From Rickettsiales bacterium (GTDB lineage Bacteria > Pseudomonadota > Alphaproteobacteria > Rickettsiales > UBA1997), in assembly GCA_038123275.1 (NCBI GenBank), contig JAYORG010000003.1, positions 4,956-68,955 on the forward strand: a stretch of 64,000 nt of DNA, given 5' to 3'. Positions 44,893-54,180 of the stretch are shown here, one piece after another; within the stretch, counting starts at the first letter, position 1, and each line of letters begins with the position of its first letter. The position numbers and the translations under genes were made by a program. Under the pieces are notes generated by a model. It made no database searches. It saw only the letters and a list, made by a program, of their open reading frames with translations, and had not been told where the DNA came from.

Positions 44893-45600
44893 TTATAATG
44901 TAAGTAATTTTGGAAGTTCTATGCCTGCTCTCTCATAGTCTTTAGGTACACCAATATCTATAAAATAATCATTACTTACAAAGCCATGTGCTTTAATTGT
45001 ATTGATATTTTTATTTAAAAATTCAGTTTCAAAAGAAAAAGATTTATTGAACTTAAATTTATCTAACAACTTTGGATTAAATATATATATTCCAGCATTT
45101 ATATATCCAGAACCGGATGAGTTTGTTTTTTCTTGAAAGCTTTCAATAATACAATCTTCATTTATAATAACTTTACCATATCTAGAGCAGTCATCCATAT
45201 TTTTTAAGACCATGACAAAATCACTATCTTTTTCTTCAAAGAATTTTAATAAAGAACTATAATTAATGTTTAGAAAGGTGTCACCATTTAATGTTAAGAC
45301 TGGCCTATTCTTGTCAATTTTCTTCAAAGAGTTTATAATTGCCCCACCAGTTCCAAGAGGAGCCTCTTCGCTAGCATACTCAATGCTAAGAAAAGAATAT
45401 GAATTTTTAAAATATTTAATTATTTTCTCTTTAAGATATCCTACAGAAATAACAATATCAGATACTTTATTCTTTGCTAAGAAGCTTAATAAATAAGATA
45501 AAAAGGGTTTGCCATTAACATCAGCCATTGGCTTTGGGGTGTCTTTAACAACTTTTTGCAATCTTGTTCCAAATCCGCCAGCTAGAATTATTGCTTGCAT
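44893..45600 (-). CDS. hddC: sugar-1-phosphate nucleotidyltransferase, probably D-glycero-alpha-D-manno-heptose-1-phosphate guanylyltransferase
   Basis: ILAGGFGTRL...PKPMADVNGKPFL. The specificity is assigned from context between gmhB and gmhA/hddA. Confidence 0.7.
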   Translation of the reverse strand: MQAIILAGGFGTRLQKVVKDTPKPMADVNGKPFLSYLLSFLAKNKVSDIVISVGYLKEKIIKYFKNSYSFLSIEYASEEAPLGTGGAIINSLKKIDKNRPVLTLNGDTFLNINYSSLLKFFEEKDSDFVMVLKNMDDCSRYGKVIINEDCIIESFQEKTNSSGSGYINAGIYIFNPKLLDKFKFNKSFSFETEFLNKNINTIKAHGFVSNDYFIDIGVPKDYERAGIELPKLLTL

Positions 45601-45603
45601 TTT

Positions 45604-46242
45604 TTATTTAGATTTATGAGTTTTTCCAAAAAAATAATCTTCAATTATAGCGCATATTATGTGACCTGTAGCAATATGTCCTTCTTGTATTTTTGGGGTT
45701 TCTAAGGATGGAATATTAACTTGGTAATCTACTAACTCTCCTACATCTTTACCATTTTCACCTAAAAAACCAACTGTAATGATTTTCTTTTTGTTAGCAG
45801 ATTTTATTGCCTGTACAATGTTTCTGCTTGTTCCGGAGGTGGAAATTCCAATTAACACATCCCCTTCATTAACAATAGCTTCAATTTGTCTTGAAAAAGA
45901 ATAATCATAGCCATAATCATTGCCAATGGCTGTTAAGGCTGAAGTATCAACTGTTAGTGCCATGGCAGCCAAAGCTGGCCTGTTATAAGATAATTTACTA
46001 ACTAACTCTGCTGCCAAATGTTGAGAATCAGCTGCCGATCCTCCATTGCCACAAAATACAATTTTCTTGTTATTATTTATAGCTGTAATACAAACATTAG
46101 CTATTTCATATATGTTATCTATCAAGTTTTGATTTGATAAGATCTTACCAAATAACTCATGAGTTTTTTTAAATTCTAAAATTGCAATATCATTTTTAAA
46201 GCCATTAGCATTTAACTTTGGTAGTATAATATTATTATTCAT
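45604..46242 (-). CDS. gmhA: phosphoheptose (sedoheptulose-7-phosphate) isomerase
   Basis: SIS domain with CGNGGSAADSQHLAAELV and GISTSGTSRN. Confidence 0.85.
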   Translation of the reverse strand: MNNNIILPKLNANGFKNDIAILEFKKTHELFGKILSNQNLIDNIYEIANVCITAINNNKKIVFCGNGGSAADSQHLAAELVSKLSYNRPALAAMALTVDTSALTAIGNDYGYDYSFSRQIEAIVNEGDVLIGISTSGTSRNIVQAIKSANKKKIITVGFLGENGKDVGELVDYQVNIPSLETPKIQEGHIATGHIICAIIEDYFFGKTHKSK

Positions 46243-46258
46243 TGTTATTTATAAATTA

Positions 46259-47305
46259 TTATCGATAAACACGCCAACTTTGACTGCCGTCATCAACAAA
46301 ATGACATGGCATAACTCTTCCTATTGTTTCTTTTTCTAATAGTTTTAAAATTCCTATCCTTTTTGATGGAGGAACCAGAAACATTAAAAATCCACCACCA
46401 CCAGCACCAGAAATTTTTCCAGAAATTGCCCCTTTATCCATTACTGATCTATAGATACGATCAATATTATTGTTTGATATTTTATAAGAAGAAGATTTTT
46501 TTGCTTCCCAGCCTCTTTTCATTGATTGTGCTAATAATTTTATATCTCCTTTTAATAAAGCCTCCTTCATAATATATGCTTCTTCTTTTATTTTTAACAT
46601 TGACTCTATGGTTTTTTGAGAGTTATTTTCAATTTGTTTGCTTTGTTCATTAATGATTATCTCTGATTGCCTTGAAACACCAGTATAAAATAAAACAATT
46701 GATTGTTCTAGCTCTGATATTATCCATCTTCTAACGCGCAAAGGATTAATTATTGTATGATCTTTCTTATAAAATTCCATAAAATTAATACCTCCAAATG
46801 TTGCTGCATATTGATCTTGCTTACCTCCCTTCATTAGCATATCTTTTCTTTCAATATCATATGCCAATTTAGCTATATCATAATCTCCAAATGGTAAAGA
46901 AAGCAACTCACCAAATGCTTTAATAATTGAAACAACAAGAGTTGAAGAGGATCCAAGGCCTGATCCAGGTGGACAATCACAATAAGTTTCCATTTTAAAG
47001 GCGCCAAATGGTTTTCCTTTATTATAATCTTTAATAATTCTATTATATATAGCTTTAAATAAAGCTAATTCACCTTCTGGTTGGATATAATCAGTAACTT
47101 CACAACTAAATTTTTTATTTAAATCTGTTGCAATAAATCTAATTTTATTATCTTGTTTTGGCTTAATTGTGCAGCAAGCATATAAATCTATTGTAGCATT
47201 TAAAACATAGCCACCATATTTATTGTAAAATGATTCCATATCAGTACCTCCACCTGCTAAGCCTAGTCTTAATGGAGATCTTGATCTAACTAAATATTCT
47301 GACAT
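46259..47305 (-). CDS. hddA: GHMP kinase, probably D-glycero-alpha-D-manno-heptose-7-phosphate kinase
   Basis: GHMP motif PPGSGLGSSSTLVVS and GAGGGGF; 348 aa. Specificity assigned from heptose-pathway context. Confidence 0.7.
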   Translation of the reverse strand: MSEYLVRSRSPLRLGLAGGGTDMESFYNKYGGYVLNATIDLYACCTIKPKQDNKIRFIATDLNKKFSCEVTDYIQPEGELALFKAIYNRIIKDYNKGKPFGAFKMETYCDCPPGSGLGSSSTLVVSIIKAFGELLSLPFGDYDIAKLAYDIERKDMLMKGGKQDQYAATFGGINFMEFYKKDHTIINPLRVRRWIISELEQSIVLFYTGVSRQSEIIINEQSKQIENNSQKTIESMLKIKEEAYIMKEALLKGDIKLLAQSMKRGWEAKKSSSYKISNNNIDRIYRSVMDKGAISGKISGAGGGGFLMFLVPPSKRIGILKLLEKETIGRVMPCHFVDDGSQSWRVYR

Positions 47306-47312
47306 GTTATTA

Positions 47313-48326
47313 TTATCTTGTTAAAAAAGATTGCCCCCTAGATACCCTATCACGCCAATAATCAAGCAAGTCTTTCATGGTATCTTCAAAGCTAATTTGA
47401 GCCTTCCAACCAGTATGATTAGAAAATTTTGTCATATCTGGAACCTGCAAGTCAGCATCAATTGGCCTTAAACGCTCTTTATCAGTAACAACCTTTATTT
47501 TATCTTTTGCTGTAGATATAGATATTAAATAATCTAACATCTCTTTAATTGTACAAGTGTAGGTTCCACCAATATTATAATATTCTCCAGCAACAGGATT
47601 AACCGTAACAAGTGTATAATAAGCTTTAACAGCATCCCTTACATCAGCAAATGTTCTTAAAGAGTCTAAATTACCTGTTTTTACCACTGGATCAATTAAC
47701 CCCTTTTCAATCATAGCAATTTGTTTAGCAAACGTACTTTCAGCAAAAACATCTCCTCTTCTAGGGCCTGTATGAGTAAACATTCTAGTTGTCATGACAG
47801 TCATACCATAAGCTTCTGCATAATAGCGCCCAACTAAATCTGTACCTACTTTTGATATGGCATAAGGGGAAGCTGGGTGAAATGTGCATTCTTCATTAAT
47901 TGGAAGTTTTTCTTTTGGAACACGTCCAAAAACTTCACTAGAAGCACAAACATGTATAATAGACTTTAAATTTGACTTTCTAACTGCTTCTAAGACTCTA
48001 GCAGTGCCTTGAATATTTGTTTCAAAAGTATCTAGAGGTGAATCGAAACTAGTTTTTGGATAGCTTTGTGCTGCTAAGTGAAAAACATAATCAGGCTGAG
48101 ATTTTTCTATTACATCCTGAATTGATATATAGTCTCTTAAATCTCCATATAAAATATGGAGCCTATTTTTTTCATTAATCCTGTCAACTAGATGCTCAAT
48201 ATTGTCCATTGGACTTCTCCAACGACACATGCCATAAATTTCCCAATTAGTATTTTCAAGAAGAAAGTCAGCCAAATGAGAACCAACCATCCCTGTTATT
48301 CCTGTTATTAAAGCTTTTTTTGTCAT
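47313..48326 (-). CDS. GDP-sugar 4,6-dehydratase-type extended SDR (Gmd/DmhA-like)
   Basis: ITGITGMVGSHLADFLL, HLAAQSYP and YAISKVGTDLV. The start is placed at MTKKALITG; the 12-aa extension in the ORF track overlaps cysC. Confidence 0.7.
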   Translation of the reverse strand: MTKKALITGITGMVGSHLADFLLENTNWEIYGMCRWRSPMDNIEHLVDRINEKNRLHILYGDLRDYISIQDVIEKSQPDYVFHLAAQSYPKTSFDSPLDTFETNIQGTARVLEAVRKSNLKSIIHVCASSEVFGRVPKEKLPINEECTFHPASPYAISKVGTDLVGRYYAEAYGMTVMTTRMFTHTGPRRGDVFAESTFAKQIAMIEKGLIDPVVKTGNLDSLRTFADVRDAVKAYYTLVTVNPVAGEYYNIGGTYTCTIKEMLDYLISISTAKDKIKVVTDKERLRPIDADLQVPDMTKFSNHTGWKAQISFEDTMKDLLDYWRDRVSRGQSFLTR

Positions 48327-48330
48327 TATA

Positions 48331-48936
48331 TTAAAAATTACGTAATAAATTTGTATAATCAAATAATAATTTTACATTAAATGATATGTTATTGTTGTTA
48401 CTATCTATTATTAAATTAGCATTTTTAGGCTCTTCATAGATGTCAGTAATTCCGGTAAAATTTTTTATTTTATTTGTTAAAGCCTTTTTATATAAACCTT
48501 TTGGATCTCTTGTTTTACAAACACTTAGAGGAGAATTAATATAAATTTCGTGGTAAAAATCTCCAATAATTTTTTTAGCATTTTCTCTATCTTTAGCGTA
48601 AGGAGAAATAAAAGATGTAATAACAATGAAACCAGCATCAGCAAAAAGCTTTGCTGTTTGTGCAACTCTTCTAATGTTTTCTGAACGATCTTTACTCTCA
48701 AAGCCAAGATCTTTGTTTAAACCTTTTCTTATATTATCTCCATCTAGTACATATGTTTGTATTCCAGAGTTAAATAATTTTAATTGAAGTTCCTGTGCTA
48801 AAGATGATTTTCCAGATCCAGAAAGGCCAGTAAACCATAACACACCACCTTTATGTCCATTAACTTTTGCGCGATCTATAGCCGATACCTTGCTTAATTC
48901 TGTACTTAAATTTTGTGACTTTATATTATCTTTCAT
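48331..48936 (-). CDS. cysC: adenylylsulfate (APS) kinase
   Basis: Motifs WFTGLSGSGKSSLA, LDGDNIRKGLNKDLGF and SFISPY; 201 aa. Confidence 0.9.
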   Translation of the reverse strand: MKDNIKSQNLSTELSKVSAIDRAKVNGHKGGVLWFTGLSGSGKSSLAQELQLKLFNSGIQTYVLDGDNIRKGLNKDLGFESKDRSENIRRVAQTAKLFADAGFIVITSFISPYAKDRENAKKIIGDFYHEIYINSPLSVCKTRDPKGLYKKALTNKIKNFTGITDIYEEPKNANLIIDSNNNNISFNVKLLFDYTNLLRNF

Positions 48937-49724
48937 TACGTAACTTGAAAAAATGGAACTGTAAAATTATCAATAACATTATATAATATTTCATTTTTAT
49001 TTAAATCAAGAACTGATCCTCCTGATGCATTAACTATAGCATGACCTGCTGCAATATCCCAAGATTTTATAGAAGCTCTTCTTGGATATAAATCAGCTAT
49101 TCCTTCTGCAATAAGACAAAACTTATAAGAACTAGAAACAGACATTAACTGTTTTACTTTAATATTTTTCTTATTTAAATCATCTATAATTTCTGATTTT
49201 TCAGGCTCTCTTTGGGTGCAAATAACCACTAAATTATCCTTATTATTAGTATTTTTTATCTTAATAAGATTATTGGAATTTTTTGAAAAATCATTAATTT
49301 TATAGGCATTGTTGTTAATGTCTGTAAAATATAAAACATCTTTCACTGGTAAATAAATTACTCCAAAAACTGATCTGCCATTATCTATTAAAGCTATATT
49401 AACTGTAAATTCATCTGATTTTTTTATAAAACTACTAGTTCCATCAAGTGGGTCAATTAAAAAATATTTATCTTGTTTTGCCGCATTAACATTGGATAAC
49501 TTGCTATTTTCTTCTGAGACTATTGCTATGTTAGGAAATATTTTGTTTAGCTGTGTAACAATAAAATTATTTGCAGCTAAATCAGCCTTTGTCACTGGGG
49601 ACCCATCGGATTTATCAGTGATTGATAGATCTTTATAGTTATCATAATAATTCATGATAATTTTACCAGCCTTACCGGCTATATCACAAATAGTATCTAT
49701 TTCTTTTTTAGAAAAATATATCAC
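48936..49724 (-). CDS. cysQ: 3'(2'),5'-bisphosphate nucleotidase (inositol monophosphatase family)
   Basis: Motifs VSEE, IDPLDGTSSF and WDIAAGHAIV. It has a 1-nt overlap with cysC. Confidence 0.8.
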   Translation of the reverse strand: MIYFSKKEIDTICDIAGKAGKIIMNYYDNYKDLSITDKSDGSPVTKADLAANNFIVTQLNKIFPNIAIVSEENSKLSNVNAAKQDKYFLIDPLDGTSSFIKKSDEFTVNIALIDNGRSVFGVIYLPVKDVLYFTDINNNAYKINDFSKNSNNLIKIKNTNNKDNLVVICTQREPEKSEIIDDLNKKNIKVKQLMSVSSSYKFCLIAEGIADLYPRRASIKSWDIAAGHAIVNASGGSVLDLNKNEILYNVIDNFTVPFFQVT

Positions 49725-49738
49725 TTTTTAAGTAAAAG

Positions 49739-50584
49739 TTAATTTTTGGACATAAACTTTAATAAATTACTTCTATCCAATCTAGAATTCAATGGTCTTT
49801 TAGCTACAGTTTTATAATCAGAAGTTTTTATAGGGTTAATCTTTTTAACTAATAATTTTTCATTATTATCCTTTAAGTTCTTAACTATTTTAAGAGCAAA
49901 ATCATACCAAGACATATATTGCTCCTCTACCAAGTGATATATTGTTTTTGGTGAGTTTTTAATTTTAAAAATTCTATTTATAATTTTAATAGTATTGCTA
50001 GCTATGTAATAAGCACTTGTTGGAGAACCTATTTGATCATCAATAACATTTATCTCTTCTCTTTCCTTGGCTAATTTTCTTATTGTATTTACAAAGTTTT
50101 TTCCATGATCATTCCAAACCCATGAGGTTCTTAATATTATATAATTACATCCAGAATTAATAATAGCAATTTCCCCATCTAGTTTTGTCCTTCCATAGTA
50201 GTTAAGAGGATTTAAGTTCTTTTTATTATCTTCTTTAAAGGGCTTATTGCCAGATCCATCAAATACATAGTCAGTTGAATAATGAATTAAAGAAACATTA
50301 TTTTTAGCACAATAATTAGCCAAAATTTCTACTGCTTTATGATTTATTATATTGGCCAAATTTCTTTCCTCTTCAGCTTTGTTAACATTAGTATATGCTG
50401 CTGCATTAATAATAAAATTTGTGGTAGTTAAATTATTAAGAAAGTTATCTAAGGAATCTAAATCTGAAAAATCTACATCCTGACTAGAAAAAGATCTAAT
50501 ATTAAAATTGTTATATTTTTTAAATTGGTCACAAAGAGCTGAACCAACCTGTCCATTTTTACCAAAAATTACAATATTTATCAT
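49739..50584 (-). CDS. rfbD: dTDP-4-dehydrorhamnose reductase
   Basis: Motifs IFGKNGQVGSAL, HYSTDYVFDG, YGRTKLDGE and DQIGSPT; 281 aa. Confidence 0.85.
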   Translation of the reverse strand: MINIVIFGKNGQVGSALCDQFKKYNNFNIRSFSSQDVDFSDLDSLDNFLNNLTTTNFIINAAAYTNVNKAEEERNLANIINHKAVEILANYCAKNNVSLIHYSTDYVFDGSGNKPFKEDNKKNLNPLNYYGRTKLDGEIAIINSGCNYIILRTSWVWNDHGKNFVNTIRKLAKEREEINVIDDQIGSPTSAYYIASNTIKIINRIFKIKNSPKTIYHLVEEQYMSWYDFALKIVKNLKDNNEKLLVKKINPIKTSDYKTVAKRPLNSRLDRSNLLKFMSKN

Positions 50585-51465
50585 CCTCTAGCTTCACCGT
50601 TTTTTTTAAAAGGCTTAAGATTAAATAGAAAACAAAAAATTCCAGAAATAAAACCAAGATTCTTAGCCAGCTTTTGATGATTAAATAATAAATTAAACAA
50701 ACCTAAAATAATATTTAGAATCATTAATCTAAGTGAGGACTTTAAAGCGGTAAGATATCCAACTCTCTTTCTCTTCCAGCGTAGCTTTGATAGGTACATA
50801 TGAAGATTTCTTTTGTATATATTACGAAATGTCTTATTGGATGAGCCTCCACCAATATGAAATCCATAGTTATTACTAAAAATAATACATTTATAGTTAT
50901 TCTTAACTACCCTATAACATATCTCATCATCCTCATAAAACATAAAAGTATCATTATCATAAAAACCTATTTTATTAAAAATAGACATCTTGAGAAATAC
51001 GATTGCTCCTATTACATATTTTACGGAATAGTTTTTGTCTATTTTGGTAATTAAATTTTTTAAAACTATTTCTTTTTGTCTTTTTATATCTACATCTTGT
51101 TTTGGATAATTTTCTAGCAATAAAGGTGCCCCAAGGGCATAATCATCATTTTTATCCATTGATTTAATTATTACATCAATATCTTGTTCAAAGATAAAGG
51201 CATCTGGGTTAAGTATTAAAGCATAATCTGTTTTAACTTTTTGTAATGCAGCATTATTAGCTCTTCCATAGCCAATATTTTGATTTAGTTTAATTAGGTT
51301 AACTTTAGGAAAATTATCTTGAATTATTTTTGTGGTTTCATCTTGACTATTATTATCAACAACAAAGACATTATATTTTTTAAAATTAATCTTTTCTAAA
51401 CAGGATCTTATGACAGCAGAGCTTTCAAAAGTAACTATTATTATAGATAATTTACTATCTTTCAT
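50581..51465 (-). CDS. family 2 glycosyltransferase (rhamnosyltransferase-like), tandem copy 2
   Basis: LSIIIVTFESSAVIRSCLEKI...VVDNNSQDET...NIGYGRANN and YEDDE. Confidence 0.8.
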   Translation of the reverse strand: MKDSKLSIIIVTFESSAVIRSCLEKINFKKYNVFVVDNNSQDETTKIIQDNFPKVNLIKLNQNIGYGRANNAALQKVKTDYALILNPDAFIFEQDIDVIIKSMDKNDDYALGAPLLLENYPKQDVDIKRQKEIVLKNLITKIDKNYSVKYVIGAIVFLKMSIFNKIGFYDNDTFMFYEDDEICYRVVKNNYKCIIFSNNYGFHIGGGSSNKTFRNIYKRNLHMYLSKLRWKRKRVGYLTALKSSLRLMILNIILGLFNLLFNHQKLAKNLGFISGIFCFLFNLKPFKKNGEARG

Positions 51466-52344
51466 TTATCCTCTAGCTTTACCATCTTTATTAAAAGCTT
51501 TTAAGCCAATAAAATGAGCTAAACATCCCATAGCAAAAGCAAATTTAGAAACTACTTTCTCTATATTAAACTTAAATATATTAAAAATTGATTCCAGTAA
51601 ATATATTAAAATTAATCTTAAAGTGGCTCTTTTAACATTAATCCAGCTCTTTCTTCTTCTTTTCCAATAAGATTTAGACCATCCTAAATGCCAAAACCTA
51701 CGATAAATTGTTCTTAGAGTTTTTTTACTAGAGCCAGCACCTAGGTGATAGGCAATTGAATTATTAATCACAACATTCTTATATCCATTATCTAAAGATC
51801 TTTGTGATATTTCATTATCCTCAGAAAACATAAAAATATTTTCATCAAAAAAACCTATTTTTCTAAAAATATTCATATTAATAAACATTACACCTCCAAT
51901 AATAAAATTTGAAATTGTGTATCTGTCCTTTCCTGTTAGTTTATTGACTTTTTTCCTTTCTTTATCTAAGTCATTTAAATATCTATTATGAAATGTATTA
52001 GGACTAGCAATGGCAAAATTTTGATTTTCATCCATAACCTTAATTGCATTTTCTAAATCTTTTTCAAACATAAAAGCATCAGGATTAATGATTAAAGCAT
52101 AATCTGTGTTAGCTTGTCTTAATGCAATATTATTAGCTCTACCGTAGCCAATATTCTGATTTAATTTAATTAAATTAACTTTTGGAAAATCTTCTTTGAT
52201 TATTGAGGTGGTGTCATCTTGACTATTATTATCAACAACAAAAACATCATATTTCTTAAAATTAATTTTTTCTAAACAAGTCCTAATAACCAAAGAACTT
52301 TCAAATGTAACTATTATTATAGATAATTTATTGTGTTTTTTCAT
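51466..52344 (-). CDS. family 2 glycosyltransferase (rhamnosyltransferase-like), tandem copy 1
   Basis: LSIIIVTFESSLVIRTCLEKI...VVDNNSQDDT...NIGYGRANN and SEDNE. Both copies end in ..ARG. Confidence 0.8.
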   Translation of the reverse strand: MKKHNKLSIIIVTFESSLVIRTCLEKINFKKYDVFVVDNNSQDDTTSIIKEDFPKVNLIKLNQNIGYGRANNIALRQANTDYALIINPDAFMFEKDLENAIKVMDENQNFAIASPNTFHNRYLNDLDKERKKVNKLTGKDRYTISNFIIGGVMFINMNIFRKIGFFDENIFMFSEDNEISQRSLDNGYKNVVINNSIAYHLGAGSSKKTLRTIYRRFWHLGWSKSYWKRRRKSWINVKRATLRLILIYLLESIFNIFKFNIEKVVSKFAFAMGCLAHFIGLKAFNKDGKARG

Positions 52345-52373
52345 TCTATGGATAATTTATTTTATTTTTTTAT

Positions 52374-53186
52374 TTACCAATCACAATTAAAACAAGTGCC
52401 AACAAATCTCTTTCCTTTATATTTGTTTTTTACGTAGCTTAGGTTATTATAAAAACTTTGATCTAAAGTACCTGACCCTCTATGAAAGCAGTTAAATTGT
52501 ATTACTTTAGTTAAAATTTTATGATTAAAACGAGCGTTAAAACTAAAATCTTCTGAGTAAAGGTGAAAATCTAAGTTTTCATCAAATTTTAAATTAAAAT
52601 TTTTAATCAGGCTTGAATGAACAATTAGACAACAGCAATCTAAGCTATCCACCTCCATCTCTTTTTTTGGTCTTAATTGCTTTCTTGAAGTAAAAAATAA
52701 TTCATCTCCAACCCTTAGCAACTCTTCTCTTGCCCAAGAAAATTGCACAGAATTATTATCTTTAAAATAAGATTCATGATTAAGAGTAAAATAGTTACTA
52801 GAGCGGAAACCCTGTTTTATAGCTCCAATAGAAGTTCTTTTATATTTAATTGGCAAGAATCTTTCTCTTTTTCTAAAATCAATTCTAAATCTTTTTTTTA
52901 CTCCTGTTGGTCCGTAAATAGAATTTGTATTTAAATTTTTTAATTTTTCTAAAGTATCTTCTAAAAAAGCAAAGTCTTGATGACAAAAGACAATCCAAGA
53001 ATCTTTAATTTTGTTACTTAAAATTTGATCATTAATAAATGAATTATAACGCTTAGAGATTCCAATATTTTCTTTTTTGTTATCAAAAATAGTAATATCA
53101 TATTTATTCATGAATTTGTTATTTGCAATAGTTCTATCAAAACAATCAAAATTATTAACAACTGTTACTATTTTTAAATTATTCAT
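52374..53186 (-). CDS. hypothetical protein, GT-A-like
   Basis: KIVTVVNNFDCFDRTI... and WIVFCHQDFAFLED resemble small GT-A proteins found in LPS loci. The assignment is weak. Confidence 0.35.
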   Translation of the reverse strand: MNNLKIVTVVNNFDCFDRTIANNKFMNKYDITIFDNKKENIGISKRYNSFINDQILSNKIKDSWIVFCHQDFAFLEDTLEKLKNLNTNSIYGPTGVKKRFRIDFRKRERFLPIKYKRTSIGAIKQGFRSSNYFTLNHESYFKDNNSVQFSWAREELLRVGDELFFTSRKQLRPKKEMEVDSLDCCCLIVHSSLIKNFNLKFDENLDFHLYSEDFSFNARFNHKILTKVIQFNCFHRGSGTLDQSFYNNLSYVKNKYKGKRFVGTCFNCDW

Positions 53187-53192
53187 GATAAA

Positions 53193-54086
53193 CTACTTTG
53201 AAATGCTTTCTAAATAATTACGATAAGGAGAACCTTTTTTATAGCTTTTAATAAGATTTAAGAACTGTTCTTTATCAATTAAATTTTTAAGATATACCAA
53301 TTCTTCTATGCAGGCAATCTTTAGACCTTGCCTTTTTTCAATTGTTTGAATAAATCCAGCTGAATCAATTAGCGAATCTGGTGTTCCGGCATCAAGCCAA
53401 GCAAAACCTCTTCTAAACTTAACAACCCCTAGTTGATTTTTCTCTAAATATTTTTTATTAACATCAGTAATCTCCAATTCACCACGAGGTGATGGCTTTA
53501 GATTTTTGGAGATTTGAATTACTTCATTATTATAAAGATAAATTCCTGTGACTGCTAAATTAGATTTTGGATTTTGCGGTTTTTCTTCTAAAGAGATTGC
53601 TTTTTCTTCATTTTCATCAAGCTCAACTACGCCATATCTTTCTGGATCAGAAACATTATAAGCAAATATATAAGCCCCCAACTCTCCATTGTTAATTTTT
53701 TCAAAATTTTCCTGTAGAGCACTTTTTTTAATACTACTAATTTCAGAGCCATAAAATATATTATCTCCTAGAATTAAACAAACTGGATCGTTCTTTATAA
53801 ATTTTTCACCAATAATAAAAGCTTCAGCAATGCCTTTTGGATTATTCTGTATGGCATATTCTAATTTAATGCCAAATTTAGACCCATCTCCTAAGAATTT
53901 TTTAATATGAGGTGTGTCATATGGAGTGCTTATAATTAATATTTCAGTAATGTTAATATTAATTAAAGTTGCAAGTGGATAGTAAATCATTGGTTTGTCG
54001 TAAACTGGTAAAAGCTGTTTACTAATGACATGAGTAAGAGGTGCTAATCTAGTTCCAGAACCTCCAGCGAGAATTATTCCCTTCAT
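53193..54086 (-). CDS. rfbA: glucose-1-phosphate thymidylyltransferase
   Basis: Motifs KGIILAGGSGTRLAPLT, KQLLPVYDKPMIYYPL, LGDNIFYG and AWLDAGTPDSL; 297 aa. Confidence 0.92.
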   Translation of the reverse strand: MKGIILAGGSGTRLAPLTHVISKQLLPVYDKPMIYYPLATLININITEILIISTPYDTPHIKKFLGDGSKFGIKLEYAIQNNPKGIAEAFIIGEKFIKNDPVCLILGDNIFYGSEISSIKKSALQENFEKINNGELGAYIFAYNVSDPERYGVVELDENEEKAISLEEKPQNPKSNLAVTGIYLYNNEVIQISKNLKPSPRGELEITDVNKKYLEKNQLGVVKFRRGFAWLDAGTPDSLIDSAGFIQTIEKRQGLKIACIEELVYLKNLIDKEQFLNLIKSYKKGSPYRNYLESISK

Positions 54087-54180
54087 TACTAAATTTTAAT
54101 TATTGACAAAATAAATTACTAGAAAGATCTTAATAAAGTAATTTTAAAATTCTATAACTAATCAATAACCTCATAGTTTA

